Assembly (NCBI GenBank): GCA_964016885.1
Contig: OZ024743.1
Coordinates: 216,566,001 to 216,630,000 of the forward strand
Direction of reading: 5' to 3'
DNA from: Eledone cirrhosa
Taxonomy: Eukaryota
Length of the DNA stretch: 64,000 nt
The notes below the pieces were generated by a model, which saw only the letters and a program-made list of their open reading frames with translations, did no database searches and was not told the origin of the DNA. The position numbers and the translations under genes were made by a program. Positions 44,764 to 61,290 of the stretch are shown piece after piece. Numbering within the stretch: the stretch's first letter is position 1; each line of letters begins with the position of its first letter.

Positions 44764-45058
44764 GTGAGAGAGGAGAAGGAGGAGGACAGGAAGGGAGCAC
44801 CCGCTCTTTGTGTTCCTGAGGAGGAGAATTGCACATTTTTTTTTGGGGGGGGGGGATGTGTGCGACCCACGTCAACGCCCTCTCCCTACTGAGGATTTCG
44901 ATTGTTGAATTTGATTTATTATATATTACACGTCCTTTGAAATGTATGTAAACTCCCCCCTCCCCTTGGATTTGTCCCAATCGTTGATGCCCTGGTGGCA
45001 AATAAATAGAAAGTTATCTATCTCACTATCTATCTAACTATCCCTCTTTCTCTTTCTC

Positions 45059-45105
<47 letters not shown>

Positions 45106-45463
45106 TAGAGAAACAGAGTTATGGCTGTTGCACAGTCAGTCTTACTTTGGTAATTAGAACAGTTTTGCTGGTGTTCGCAAAGAATATATATCTGTGTGTG
45201 TATATGTGTGCGCGTAGTATATGTGTGTGTATGCGTGCGTGTGTGTGTTTGTTTGTCTGGGAGGAAACGAATAAACGAAAAACAATAGGAAGGCATTCGA
45301 GTGCAAATCGTTTGAACATGACAACATCTAAGCGACTTGTCATCATATCACATATCAACTATCAATAACGAATTACCCATAATATTCACATCTGCTTTCA
45401 TTACCGCCGTCAGTGTCTCTGTTTGATTCTGAACAAATATACACATTTTATTCTCATTATCAT

Positions 45464-45585
<122 letters not shown>

Positions 45586-47087
45586 CAGTGGCGAAGGGTA
45601 GCCTAGAAAGCAGGGCATGCAGTCTAATCGCCATGGCGGGAAGTGGGGCTGTGCAGCCTTACCCCCTCCCCATATTCCCTCTAAAAGACGCTCCCGGGCA
45701 AAACCGCATGTAGTGTTATCAAGTGTGTGTTATCTTGTATGTGTCTACGGTTTAGTAAGCAGCCAAAATTATGCTTTCTTCAACCAACGCTGTCGTGTTT
45801 TTGTGTGAATGTGTGTGTGTGTGTGTGTGTGTGTGTTATCTCTTTAGGGTTGGAAACTACCGTATATTTTGGTAGATTTATCTCTCTCTCTCTATATATA
45901 TATAGAGAGAGAGGCAATTTCGGCTTGTAAACATAAATTGCACAAAACTTTCCTGTATTACAGCCACACGTTATACCCTAACGGATAGTACGATCTATAC
46001 GTTGATATTTTACGTCTTGATGTGGGAGCTAAGTATATGTTTTGTTTATTCCTTTACTTATTTGCATATGTAAGTATATATTGCCCGTATGTTTTGTGAA
46101 GGTACGTATACCTTCTCGTACGTATATTTGATTGTTATGGCGTATAATTTTTTATATATTCTGGTACATAGGGTTTGGCTATGTGAATACGGGCGTTTTG
46201 CGTCTGTGTGAGTATGCAGGTTCGTACGTATGGTGGGTGCGTGTATATGTGTATTTCTTATTTTAGTTGACTTACGTCTCCGAACATTCGTGTATTTATA
46301 TGTAGGTATGTGTGTGCGCTTGTTATATACGTATGTATTTATTTATATATGTTTATATAATTATTTACACGCATACACACACACACATATTTATATGTTC
46401 GTGGTTTTGTATACTTATGGTAAGGATTTGCGTATGCTTGTGTATGTACGTATTTGTTTGCGTGTATGTATTTATTTATTTCTATTACTTCTGTATTGTA
46501 TTTATTTACTTTGCTCTTAACTCTGTAGCGGAGATTCATTTGGTCTCCTAGTAAGAATTTTAGTCTACGACTTCTGCTATACCATTTACGTGATTTTGTC
46601 TTTGCGTGCTCTTGTTCTCCACGCTCCACATTGACGTATTATCTTCGTTATTTCGTTCATTGCCAGAGAACGTCTCTATGCACCACCTAAGAGAACATTA
46701 GTCTACGACCTCTTTTATACCATAAACGTGGTTCTGTCTTTGCGCGTAATTGCTTTTCACCGCTCCTATTAATGACGTATAATTCGTTTTTTCCCGTTCT
46801 TTGCCAGCGAACGTGTCCACGAACCAAAATATCGTCTTCCTGTCTTCCTCCGGTTGCAACGTTTTTTGAAATATCCAGTTCTGCGTTTACAGATTGACTT
46901 TTTTAGTTTCAGAAGATCCCGTTAAGTGTGAAAGCATCGATTCTTTGCTTAAACTTTAATCTGTTATTTTAATAAATATTTGCTCTACGGTTCTTATATA
47001 TTTGATATATATCTATCCTTATCGAGCCCTCTTTGGATTTTAGTCTTCAAATTTATTATTATTACTATATATATATATATATACAAT

Positions 47088-47330
47088 GATATTAAATAAA
47101 TGGAAACTATATTTATAAGACCATATTTATTGCATTATATATATTTTAAGGGCAACCGAGACAACATTGGTACGCTTTCATCAGATAAAATACAAAGTGT
47201 GTTTCATAAATATAGACGTACCCATGAAAGCATACCTTATTGGTTGGAAATTCACTGGATAGTCCTTGTTTGTCGGATTTCCAACAAATTAAATACAACT
47301 TCTACTTATATATATATATATATATATGAA
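47088..47330 (-). mobile_element. pLTR remnant related to 14313-14755, with a degenerate HHR (GAAA changed to AAAA)
   Basis: Shares the GATATTAAATAAATGGAAACTATATTTATAA terminus; minus strand attttat CTGATGA..AAAA tatata TA. Confidence 0.65.
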
Positions 47331-47334
47331 ATAT

Positions 47335-49068
47335 AAGAATCAAAGAACTGCTCAAAACATTATTGTGCTTACAGCTGTTTCCTCCAAACCGAGGTTTGGA
47401 TTCTTCGGAGCAATTTATTAATGCATGGACAGTTATATGACCTCCTTTTCAGCCGAGAGACATACCAATACATATTCAAACATTGATACATATTCAAACA
47501 TTGTGGGTCAACATTCGTTACAGAATTTAGAGTGGCAGTACACACTTCGAGATTACATTTATATTAATAGGTACAATCAAAAATCAAAGATATAGGTTAA
47601 AGTACAACATGAAGATAAGTGGTTATATAGTGCAAATGTTATATGTGTGGCACGCATGTGCGTCTTGTTTGTATAGTGTGGCAGAGAGATATGTGTGGTA
47701 GAGGCACTTAGGTAGGTAAATAAGAGTGTTAGGTTGGTAGATCTGGTGGCAAAATCTTTATATGATTGATATAGTCTGTGTGTGGAGAAATATTATAAGC
47801 ATTAAAGATAGTGCAAGCATTAAAAGTGTTATAAGTATTGGAGATGCACAGCGCAGGGATGTCAAGTATTTCATGTACTTCGGCATTTTCATGGTCAGGG
47901 GAGTGTATATTTCGATTATATGCCTTTCACATAATCCACGACAATCCAGTTAGAGATCGTAGTCTGGTGTTCTTTAGTTCGATACAGGAGGTTGTTACGT
48001 TTCGAGAAACGCCATTGAATACCTGAAGTGTGTGTGTGGCTAAGGGGAGTTAATGCATGCGGGGAGGTAACTCTGGGGTTTCTATATCTAGCCGTTAAAA
48101 TGTGTCCCAATATAGACCCTAAATTCTATGGTGAAGTGCACCTTCCAAGAGAGACTTTTAAAGCATAAAGTGTATTAACTATAGAGTAGTTTAAGGTGAT
48201 CATATTATTATGGTGGATTAACCCATCTTAAGGTGCTACAAATGGAAATTATAGATGATGAGCGAGGATTCTAAATTAATGATCTCTGTGGTTGTAGTCT
48301 GCTCATATGACCAGGCGCGGTGATTGCAGGATTGCTTCAGGACCCAATGATCTCTGGTAAGATCTGGGTCATCGCTTGCTACATTGGATGTCGAAAGATA
48401 ATCGTCCACAGGCAGGCCAAAGGTCAATCCACCATAATAATATGATCACCTTAAACTACTCTATAGTTAATACACTTTATGCTTTAAAAGTCTCTCTTGG
48501 AAGGTGCACTTCACCATAGAATTTAGGGTCTATATTGGGACACATTTTAACGGCTAGATATAGAAACCCCAGAGTTACCTCCCCGCATGCATTAACTCCC
48601 GTTAGCCACACACACACTTCCGGTATTCAATGGCGTTTCTCGAAACGTAACAACCTCCTGTATCGAACTAAAGAACACCAGACTACGATCTCTAACTGGA
48701 TTGTCGTGGATTATGTGAAAGGCATATAATCGAAATATACACTCCCCTGACCATGAAAATGCCGAAGTACATGAAATACTTGACATCCCTGCGCTGTGCA
48801 TCTCCAATACTTATAACACTTTTAATGCTTGCACTATCTTTAATGCTTATAATATTTCTCCACACACAGACTATATCAATCATATAAAGATTTTGCCACC
48901 AGATCTACCAACCTAACACTCTTATTTACCTACCTAAGTGCCTCTACCACACATATCTCTCTGCCACACTATACAAACAAGACGCACATGCGTGCCACAC
49001 ATATAACATTTGCACTATATAACCACTTATCTTCATGTTGTACTTTAACCTATATCTTTGATTTTTGA
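47335..49068 (-). mobile_element. PLE derivative with a 643-bp near-perfect inverted repeat (47577-48219 and 48426-49068); HHR at 47366-47412(-)
   Basis: Arms differ at about 2 positions; minus strand tgct CCGAAGA atccaaacc tc ggtttggag GAAA cagctg TA agca; arms contain a possible decayed GIY-YIG (VYIG). Confidence 0.75.
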
Positions 49069-49665
49069 CAATTAGACAAAAGATACGACTAAAATAATTT
49101 AGCGAATGTGATAGAAAGAGGAGCTAAATATTTGAAAAAGCCTAAGGTAATCTCAATTTAAATTTGATTAAAATAAATTAAATTACATTAAATTATATTA
49201 AATTAAGTAAAAATCATTATATAAATTCGAACTTCCAGGGAATATCAAACTCTTATAACAATATAGAGTCATTTGAGTATCTAAATTATTTATAAATATA
49301 ACTACGAGTATGTCATTACACTAGATAAATATATTTGTACAACTATATAGAGATATTATTACCGGTATTAATGAAACGGTATACATTTAATAAATAAATA
49401 ATTATAATCATTATAATAATGCTATAATTGTAGTTTTACCTCTAGTTCAGTGGAGAGAGAGACCAATATGTGTCGACTGTTATGGTTTGTTATATTTATA
49501 CATATATATATATAAAAAATAAATAAATGCAAATCTAACTTTCTGAGTCCCCAAAACATACTCAAAGTGAATAAAATATGTTAATGCATGATTATAATCT
49601 ACATTTCAATTATAATCGGTAAATTTACAAGTTGAATATTCAAATTATATATTTAAAACAGAGAC

Positions 49666-52600
49666 AGATACATAAAGATCCGAATCAAAATTATAAATAT
49701 CTAAAATAATCCTAAGGTGTGCATATTTATCAAGTAAACAAGTTATCAAATAATATGTTAATATTACTAAAGAGGATCCTTCATTCTAACATTAATTATA
49801 TCATAAATGATAAGAAAATAAAGCATTATTAAAGTTTTATAAACCGTTATGACTTTTAAGGCCCAACAGTTGATAAGAGACGTCAAAAATTAAGGCCTGA
49901 TTGTTCAGTGTTTTTTCCTGACTTTTTGCGAGGCGTGGAATGTAGACAAAGCTTTATGAAGGCAGTTTGAGTATAATTCACTTTTTTTGTTAATTAAGTT
50001 TTCATAATTAGTAATTATAAATAGAGTCTCCTTTGTGCAGAGGTTGCATTTAGTTAGTTGCGTGTATATTTTACTATTACAAAGCTTCGTCCAAAAGATC
50101 GAGTATTTAAATGTTTGTATTTTAATGACCATATAAGTTGAGATAAAGAAGTCGAAAATTTACTATTAAGATTCGAAAATGAACATTTGTGATTCGCAAA
50201 TCTCGATTTAAATGTCGAAGAAGGTGGCCCTATGTAGTTGTATGTGTTGTTATTTGTTTTTACGGTGCATTTATACACCAGATTTCTATCCAGACAATTA
50301 TTTTGCAGAGTGGAATCTGGTTTATTTCTACAATTACATTTCGATTTATTATTATTTATATTAACACTATTATTAATAGCATTATGTTGATTTTGGTTTA
50401 GAATTATACTATTTAGTTTAGCGATGTTTTGGGCCATATTCATAGTTGTAGAATAAGAAAGTTTAATTGTCTGTCTATTAAATATGGAGTGATATTTATG
50501 TTGACTAGGGAAGGAAATATCTAAAGCTTTAAAAAATAGATTAACTATTGGTGATCTTACTGCTACAGAAGCCGGGGTGGGGGGGGAGGCATATACCTGA
50601 TTTAGTTCTGGTTCTTTTCCCTGATCTACTCACAGTACAGGTGTTTGAATTATAATTATTAGAATTTTTAGAATTTCGTTTATATATGCCATTATTTTTA
50701 TCAGGATTAAGACTCGGATGATTATTGTCTATATATTCTATATTATTTGTATAACCTGCCTTTCTTAGCGCATCATTGTAATATCCTGCTTTTTCATCAA
50801 ATATTGATTTATTGGCAGATATTCTAGTTATGCGTTTCTGTACACTATTTACAATTGCGTTTTTCACAGATTTTGGGTGATTAGAGTAATAACTAACGTA
50901 ATTTAAGTTTTCACTGGGCTTATGGAAAGGGTAATAAAAACCAGAGTTTAAGTTAAGGGTAACATCAAGGAAATTAACTATTTTGTGACCACTTTCTATC
51001 TCTAGTTTAAGTTCGTAATTTTTAAAGAATTCAATTGTATTTTTCTTTACCCTATTTAGTTCTGTATTGTTGTGTTTAACAACCGTAAATAAAATATCGT
51101 CCCTATATAAACCACCGGTAATCTACGGCAGCTTTCTATTTATCATATTTAAGATGAAAATCCCCAGAAGATCCGTGACTTGCGCTGAGTCCGATGATCC
51201 CATGGTAACGTCGAAGTTTCTATTTCTCTCTGAGCTGGTCCAATACTCATTGTTGAAGTTAAGTAGAGTTCTTCTAGCAGTTAATATGATATCAATTTCA
51301 TCCGTAGTTAGATCTGTATGTTTGTAAGCGTATGATAAAGCCTTATTTAGTAGGTTAGGCGTAATGGAAGAGTAATAGCTTATTATGTCCATCTGGATGA
51401 ATTTATGGTTTTCCTTATCATCTATATTTTTATACCATTCAATCATTCATTTGTATCCTTCCAGACATTACCGGTGGTTTATATAGGGACGATATAATAT
51501 TTACGGTTGTTAAACACAACAATACAGAACTAAATAGGGTAAAGAAACATATAATGGAATTCATTAAAAATTACGAACTAAAACTAGAGGTAGAAAGTGA
51601 TACCAAAATAGTTAATTTCCTTGATGTTACCCTTAACTTAATCTCTGGTGTTTATTACCATATCCATAAGCGCAATGAAAACTTAAATTACGTTAGTTAT
51701 TACTCTAATCACCCTAAATCTGTGAAAAGCGCAGTTGTAAGTAGTGTACAGAAACGCATAACTAGAATATTTGCCAATAAATCAATATTTGATGAAAAAG
51801 CGGGATATTACAATGATGCGCTAAGAAAGGCAGGTTATAAAAATAATATAGAATATATAGACAATAATAATCCGAGTCTTAATCCTGATAAAAATAATGG
51901 CATATATAAACGAAATTCTAAAAATTCTAATAATTATAATTCAATTACCTTTACTGTGAGTAGATCAAGGAAAAGAACCAGAACTAAATCAGTTATATGG
52001 TTTGCCCCCTCCCCATGCTTCTGTAGCAGTAAGAACACCAATAGCTAATCTATTTTTAAAGTATTAGATAGTTCCTTCCCTAGTCAACATAAATATCACT
52101 CCATATTTAATAGACAGATAATTAAACTTTCTTATTCTACAACTATCAATATAGCCCAAACCATGGCTAAACTAAATAGTATAATTCTAAACAAAAATCA
52201 ACATAATGCTATTAATAATAGTGTTAATATAAATAATAATAAATATAAATGTAATTGTAGAAATAAATCAGATTGCCCTCTGCAAAATAATTGTTTGGAT
52301 AGAAATCTGGTGTATAAATGCACCGTAAAAACAAATAACAACACATACAACTACATAGGGCCAACTTCTTCGACAATTAAATCGAGATTTGCGAATCACA
52401 AATGCTCATTTTCGAATCTTAATACGAAATCTTCGACTTCTTTATCATAACTTATATGTTCATTAAAAGACAAAAATTTAAAATACTCGATCTTTTGGAC
52501 GAAGCTTTGTAATAGTAAAATATACACGAACTCGTCTATATCAACTAACTGCAACCTCTGCACAAAGGAGACCCTATTAATAATTACTAATTATGAAAAA

Positions 52601-53327
52601 TTAATTAACAAATAATGTGAATTATTCACAAACTGCCTTCATAGAGCTTTGTCTACATTCCACGCCTCGCAAAAAGTCAGGAAAAAACACTAAACAATCA
52701 GGCCTTAATTTTTGACGTCTCTTATCAACTGTTGGGCCTAAAAAGTCATAACGGTTTATAAAACTTTAATAATGCTTTATCTTCTAATCATTTATGATAG
52801 AATTAATGTTAGAATGAAGGATACTCTTTAGATATATTAACATATTATTTGGTAACATGTTTACTTAATAAATATGCACACCTTAGGATTATTTTAGATA
52901 TTTATAATTTTGATTCGGATCTTTATGTATCTTTTTAACTCTTATATTGATGCCATGTATTCTTAAGCTGTATTACACGAGCTCTCTCTATTGTTTGTAT
53001 TATATATATTTCTCATGTTCTCAATATTAGGGTAAAAATATTGAGTTTTGTCATATGTTAATCACTACCATGACTGAATCTTAACCATCTACGATGACAG
53101 GGTATGTCATGCATCATCTTATTTTATCTGATGAGGACGTACTGTTGAACATAACTCAGTACCTCTGAAATATGTATAATAAAATATACTTGATCACAGG
53201 AATATCTATTTTGTTAATATTTTGAATTAATATTAATAACTCTGGAAACCCTTTCTCTCCTGTTGAGTGTTTCCAATCTATTGTAAATCTCATTCTTTGA
53301 TGTATTCATTGAACCTTGTTTAACTTT

Positions 53328-53330
<3 letters not shown>
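49666..53330. mobile_element. Naiad-like PLE as a head-to-head inverted pair (minus 51465-49666; plus 51466-52932 continuing into a pLTR)
   Basis: FIQMDIISYYSSIT, FDVTMGSSDSAQVTDLLG, GLYRDD, VNFLDVTLNL, SNHPKS, IWFAPS, CNCRNKSDCPLQNNC..YIG..RFANH..CNLC..CLH. Confidence 0.9.
53120..53186 (+). ncRNA. Canonical type I HHR in the Naiad-like pLTR
   Basis: tattttat CTGATGA ggacgtactg..cagtacctct GAAA tatgta TA ataaaata. Confidence 0.85.
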
Positions 53331-53366
<36 letters not shown>

Positions 53367-55929
53367 GGATACACACACGCATTTATAAAATCTCAGGCAT
53401 ATTTATACACATACAGGTACACATATTACGTACACACACGCACATTTATATACTCACACACACATATACATATATATGTGTGTGCGTCTGTGTGTATGCG
53501 CGTTCATTTGTTTTTCAGTTTGTATGATTGCAGGACAAAAGTAAAGATAGAAAAATGATAGAGGAGAACAATACAATAATGATATATATATTAGACGAGC
53601 TCTTGATATTGTGGGAAAACTGTCTTAATGTTTCAGAAGTTAGTCTTTCATTGGATAGTAAAATGAGAGAAGGTGGGAGAAATAAAGTAAAATATAGACT
53701 ACGGTAAGAAAACACAACGGGAAATATGTTCCAGAAGAAAAACACGTATGTATTTAGTCAGTGATCTTGAAAATCGTGCGTGTGATCTATTCTACATATA
53801 TGACGAATAGGGGGATATTGCGGTCTAGTTTTGTAAGCCAATTTTGGGAGGATAGGTGGTTTGTTTTGTAGTATTTGGCGGGCGTGAATGGTTTTGTTTG
53901 TAAGGATTCATGGGTACAGATGTGCGTTTGTTTTAGGGTGTTTGCTGAAGGTTACTATACTGATTGGGGCAATAACTTATTTACGTATATAAATATATAT
54001 ATGAATATTATTGCACAATTGGAACTACTGCATTATATTTTCAAAGTTATTTTATTATAATTATTATAACGATGATTATTATGATATGTTATTAATTTCA
54101 ACTGAATCTGCATCTTAATTCCAGCCATTATGTTTGAGATCATTATGGTTGAGGTCATTATGCTTAATGTCAATCCTTGGAAAGTAGATCAATATACGTA
54201 CAATTCAGCACAAAGAATTTTGTTTTCCTAGCAACTTGTTTACGTGATCAAAACTAATCACATATATATAATAACAAAGAAAACTGGCTTTCACATTCTC
54301 CCCTCTCAATTATCACTAGAACTGTTCTCCTAGTTCGTTCTTTTCTTCTCCTTTTTTATTATTTTATTCTTCCTCTTCATCCTCCATCCCCTATTATTTG
54401 GGACCCGAGAGTACCACCAAACTCTCTTACGCTCAATGTCTATCACACAAAGCTCTCTTTTAACCCACTCACTGTATTTACTTAAACAAAACTGTCAACA
54501 TCTCTATATCTACCACGGCACTCCGTCCCTTGTCACCCTCTCTATATCTAACACTAATACCCCTCTTTATAAATAACCACACTTATCTCTCCCTATCCAC
54601 CTCTCTATACGTAGCACGCTTAAACTCTACCCCCTCTCTAGATCTATAACACGGCGCGGTCCCATTATCTCTCTCTATATGTATACAATCAGCATATTCT
54701 CCCACTCTCTATATCTAACATATAAAACACTCTCCCAATCCCCATCTCTATATCTACCATACAAAACTCTCTCTCATTACCAAAGTCATAATTGCATTTA
54801 ACAGTTATTACGCAATTAACACATGAAACTCCTTCACCAGCAGGCATATCGAATTTTAATTTTGCCTCTAAGACACTGCAAGGAGCTGCAGTACAATAAT
54901 AGTAGTCCTGCGTTGTATCGTCACGTGATCTTAAAACAAAAAGAACACTTGCCAAAAACGTGGCGGGAAACCTGTGTGAATATTCTCACGACTAATTTTC
55001 ATAAAAAGGTTAAGAAATAAAATAGTTCTTTAAACTTGCGATGACAGTGTTATATGAGTATCACTTCGAAACTGAAGCTGCAATAGGGCAACGAAGGTGG
55101 AATTAGTTGTGGTAGTCACTAAGCTCTCAATAATGCAAGAAATGAATTAATTCCTGCATCAGAGGGAACAGATTAAGTCAGATGAGGGTATCACCATGAA
55201 TAATATATAGACCAGTTGTATGTTACCAGGTTATATGACAACAACAACGACGAATAACAAAACGGGAAGTAACACATCACCCGGACTATCACGTTATCTT
55301 ATGCTCCTTGAGTGTAGTGCAGCACGTGTTGTTATCCGATTTTCGATGTCTGACGTTGATCATCCGATTATCCAAGAAACGCAATGTTGCAGAAACAATC
55401 AGCCTCAATAATGTAATTCATACGAAAGGGCGTCTTCTACTATTGTATTATCTCATGTTTGTTAACCGACAAAAGTTGTGTTTATGTATAATATACATAT
55501 ATATCTCGCATACGTTATAGGCATATTATCGCATATGCCTCTATTATGACTCATGCTATCTTAAAGTTACAGCTAGTTCATCTCTCTTTCAAATAAACCC
55601 GTCCGCCAGAGGATATAAACTTACATAGTATATAAGCTATAACTTAATCGTATATCATTACCGTGTGAATATACGGCACTAATGGTGAATTAAAAAATCC
55701 TGAAACACTAGTGACTGACGTTTGCACACGGTTTCTCTCATTGCTGTGAAATGATCATAGATTACCCCATTAAACGAAGTGTAAGTAAATATGTGTATTA
55801 TACATAAACATATCAACATATATACCTTGAAATACACTTCTATCCACGAAAGCGCTATAGGTTTTGCACCTAGTAAGTAACCCATAAGAGGCACTAGCCT
55901 GGGCATGATATGTTTGTAAAAGATCAGTT

Positions 55930-56140
55930 GTTACCTATGCATGCCAGTTTCCCCTCTCTCCACATCAACAATGTTGTCTCCAGGAAACACAGACAGTTAC
56001 AGCTTGGTGGCGGTAACCTCGTAACTCATTTCTCCAGCTGATTGAAATGGTGCAATACTCACAGAGACAATGCCAAATCCAGGAATAGAAACCACAACTT
56101 CACGATTGCAAATCCAGCATTCTAGCTACGCACATTCACA
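55930..56140 (-). mobile_element. Degenerate tRNA-SINE
   Basis: GGAATAGAAACCACAACTTCACGATTGCAAATCC resembles the SINE head at 341-380. Confidence 0.5.
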
Positions 56141-56459
56141 ATGTAGCTCTACATATTTTCATTACACATAACATTTGAAAATCGCACAATCGTGAAATCG
56201 GTTACGTTATTTTAAATATACCTTCTTAAGGGCATTTTGCACTTCAAGGTTGTAATTTCTTTACAATAGTACAATAGTCCAATAGTCATAATGCATTAGG
56301 ATATTGATTTCAAAGTTATAAATAAAATACCAATGTATTGATACACTTGCACGATTGCAAAACAATTATTATTTCATAAGTCTACATATTTTCAAATTCA
56401 GTCTTGTCTTCGAGCTGCAGTGTAGATAATATTTTTCTTTCAATTTTTTCTACATCATG

Positions 56460-56540
<81 letters not shown>

Positions 56541-56983
56541 GTATATATATATATTTATATATATATTTATATATATATATATACGTGTGTGTGTGTGTAT
56601 GTGTACAAAAAGAAATAGAGTGATTGTTAATATATTTGGGGTTTATTTATTAATATAATAATTGAATACATATTTAAACATATGAAAATTAGCTCGAAGC
56701 AACATGATTCAGAAATATTTATAAAATAATAATAACTCGGTAAAGTGCAATATTGTATTATTTTTACATGGACAAATCTTATATACAATGTAATTAAATA
56801 AGTTTAATCTACACAACCAATATTTATATTTCATCGAAAATCATCTTCTCAGAAATTAAATAAATTATAAAATACCAGATTTTATTATTCAGAAATGTAA
56901 GGTATGTAGGCAACATTGTGATGCTATGGTTACATGTCTTTCTAAGAGGTGGTCACGTAGGATGCATTTTGTTCGGATGGTAT

Positions 56984-57100
<117 letters not shown>

Positions 57101-57104
57101 TTAT

Positions 57105-57663
57105 AAATGGAAAAAATTAAACGTAATTTCATTTCTCACTCTTAGCACGGCTTTTACTTAAATATAAGTATGTATACGTACATTCATATATGTATACAGA
57201 CGTACAGTAGTATGTATATATATACATACATGCACACATATATATATGTACGTAGGGGTTTATAGAACAATTATTATAATGCTCGGTTTGTTTGTAAACA
57301 AACAAACAGCCAGTATTAAGCCGTATAGTGATTATCAACCATCGTTGCCCTTTTGTAAAACACTGACAAAGGAACGATGTACTAGTTTCAAGCTTATTAG
57401 CTATCGCCAGCATCGGATACTTCCTGCCAGATGATTAAACGTCTGAAAGTATATACTTTCCTTATGCATATTAACGGCCGAGCAGCCTAATTTGCATATC
57501 GAGGGAGATAGTCCGCCGGGCGCACGGAAAACGATAAATGGAAAAAATGAAACGAAATTTCATTTCTCACTCTTAGTGCGGCTGTTAGTTAAATATAAGT
57601 ATGTATACGTACATAGATATATGTATACAGACGTACAGCAGTATGTATATATATACATACATG

Positions 57664-57665
<2 letters not shown>
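57105..57665 (-). mobile_element. Family F repeat, about 1.3 units; HHR at 57375-57415 with a core mutation (CTGGCGA)
   Basis: Homologous to the 11650-13162 and 29690-30460 copies. Confidence 0.82.
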
Positions 57666-57746
<81 letters not shown>

Positions 57747-57755
57747 TATTATATA

Positions 57756-57907
<152 letters not shown>

Positions 57908-57909
57908 AT

Positions 57910-57967
<58 letters not shown>

Positions 57968-57974
57968 TATTATA

Positions 57975-58131
<157 letters not shown>

Positions 58132-58134
58132 GAA

Positions 58135-58439
58135 TGAAGTAATTTCGTGGGAAAGGTCCAGGTAAAAAGAGTGCTCTATGTAGGTTACAGAGCTTAATAT
58201 TTATGTAATAAACAACATAAGGCAATTATTTCATTTACCAGTGGTTTCTTGAAAGGAAACAAATTTTGCTTTCAATCATCAGAATGAAAAAATCCTGGTG
58301 TATTTATTTAGATTGGATTTTAAAATCCAATGTCAATAAATACACCAGGATTTTTTCATCCTGATGATTGAAAGCAACATTTGTTTGCTTACAAGAAACC
58401 ACTGGTAAATGCAATAAATGTCTAATGTTGTTTATTACA

Positions 58440-58446
<7 letters not shown>
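58135..58446. mobile_element. Family C fold-back; HHRs at 58230-58288(-) and 58355-58413(+)
   Basis: Inversion centre at about 58321; CTGATGA..GAAA ccactgg TA. Confidence 0.85.
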
Positions 58447-58520
<74 letters not shown>

Positions 58521-58547
58521 ATATATATATTATATATATATATATAA

Positions 58548-60332
<1,785 letters not shown>

Positions 60333-60505
60333 AACGAGTAGGACCCCGACGGCTGAGCTCAAGCCCACTCTACTACCCTAAGTATTGAGTACTTTGGTGC
60401 GTTATGGTCCACCTGGTTCCTTACCACATTTCCTTCGTTATATATATATATTATATATATACTTTATATATTATATAAATATATATATATATTATATATA
60501 TATAT

Positions 60506-60587
<82 letters not shown>

Positions 60588-60589
<2 letters not shown>

Positions 60590-60933
60590 CATTTAAAGTG
60601 TACGATGAACACGAAGTGTGTTTACATTGCAACAGACAAAGTTAGCTATTAATGAGATAAACTAATAAAAGTGAATACAATTTGTCTGTCTCGATATAAG
60701 TCAATAAAGACAATATTATATTGGCAACAGCCATGATTCCTGGACATATTTAAATTTCAAAATTCAAACCTGTTCTGTAGACGAATTTGAACTTCGAAAC
60801 CCAAATAAGTTTCGCAACGGTGGAATGTGAGACAGACAAATTGTATTCACTTTTATTAGTTTATTTCATTAATAGCTAACTTTGTCTGTTGCAATGTAAA
60901 CACACTTCGTGTTCATCGTACACTTTAAATGTA
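60588..60933. repeat. 105-bp inverted repeat (60588-60691 and 60829-60933), probable PLE fold-back remnant
   Basis: Near-perfect reverse complement inside (TA)n. Confidence 0.8.
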
Positions 60934-61290
60934 TTAACTGCTCGGAAGAGTCCCTTCCTGGAGCTTAATTATTGTAAACGACTGAGAGTTTATTCTCAAA
61001 ATATAATATAATATATATATATATATATAAGCCTTCGTGAGCCTCCTTTTTTCAAGTAAAAAGAAATTCAAACACTCATATATGAAAAAACAACCTGTGA
61101 CAACCCCCCTCTCTTATTTGAAGAACTATTGTAACGTGAACTGGTGCGAAATTTATTATAATTATTGACAAACCAATCAAATTACTTCTCGAAAAACCTG
61201 GCATTTCGAGCCACTTTTTCCATATAAAACAAGTAACATTCAGAGACCAACCAGATGTGAGAAAAACCACAGACCCTCCATCTCAACTCA

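Larger units (their letters stand above)
39395..45014 (+). mobile_element. Full-length decayed Tx1/L1-clade non-LTR retrotransposon with 10-bp TSD
   Basis: TATCTATCTC at 39385-39394 and 45015-45024; ORF1 with a CCHC knuckle; ORF2 APE-RT-CCHC; AATAAA at 45001; (TC)n-rich flanks. Confidence 0.9.

Noticed and set aside
45586-45720. CAGTGGCG start resembling a hAT terminal repeat
   Set aside because: No matching opposite end, TSD or transposase found.
52240-52650. Selenoprotein-type Naiad (in-frame UGA at Cys positions)
   Set aside because: The conserved Cys positions (CNC, CPL, CNLC, CLH) are ordinary TGT/TGC codons here and at 16463-16790.
53500-55900. Host exons in the non-repetitive stretch
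   Set aside because: Only short ORFs with no recognisable motifs; small exons cannot be excluded without RNA data.
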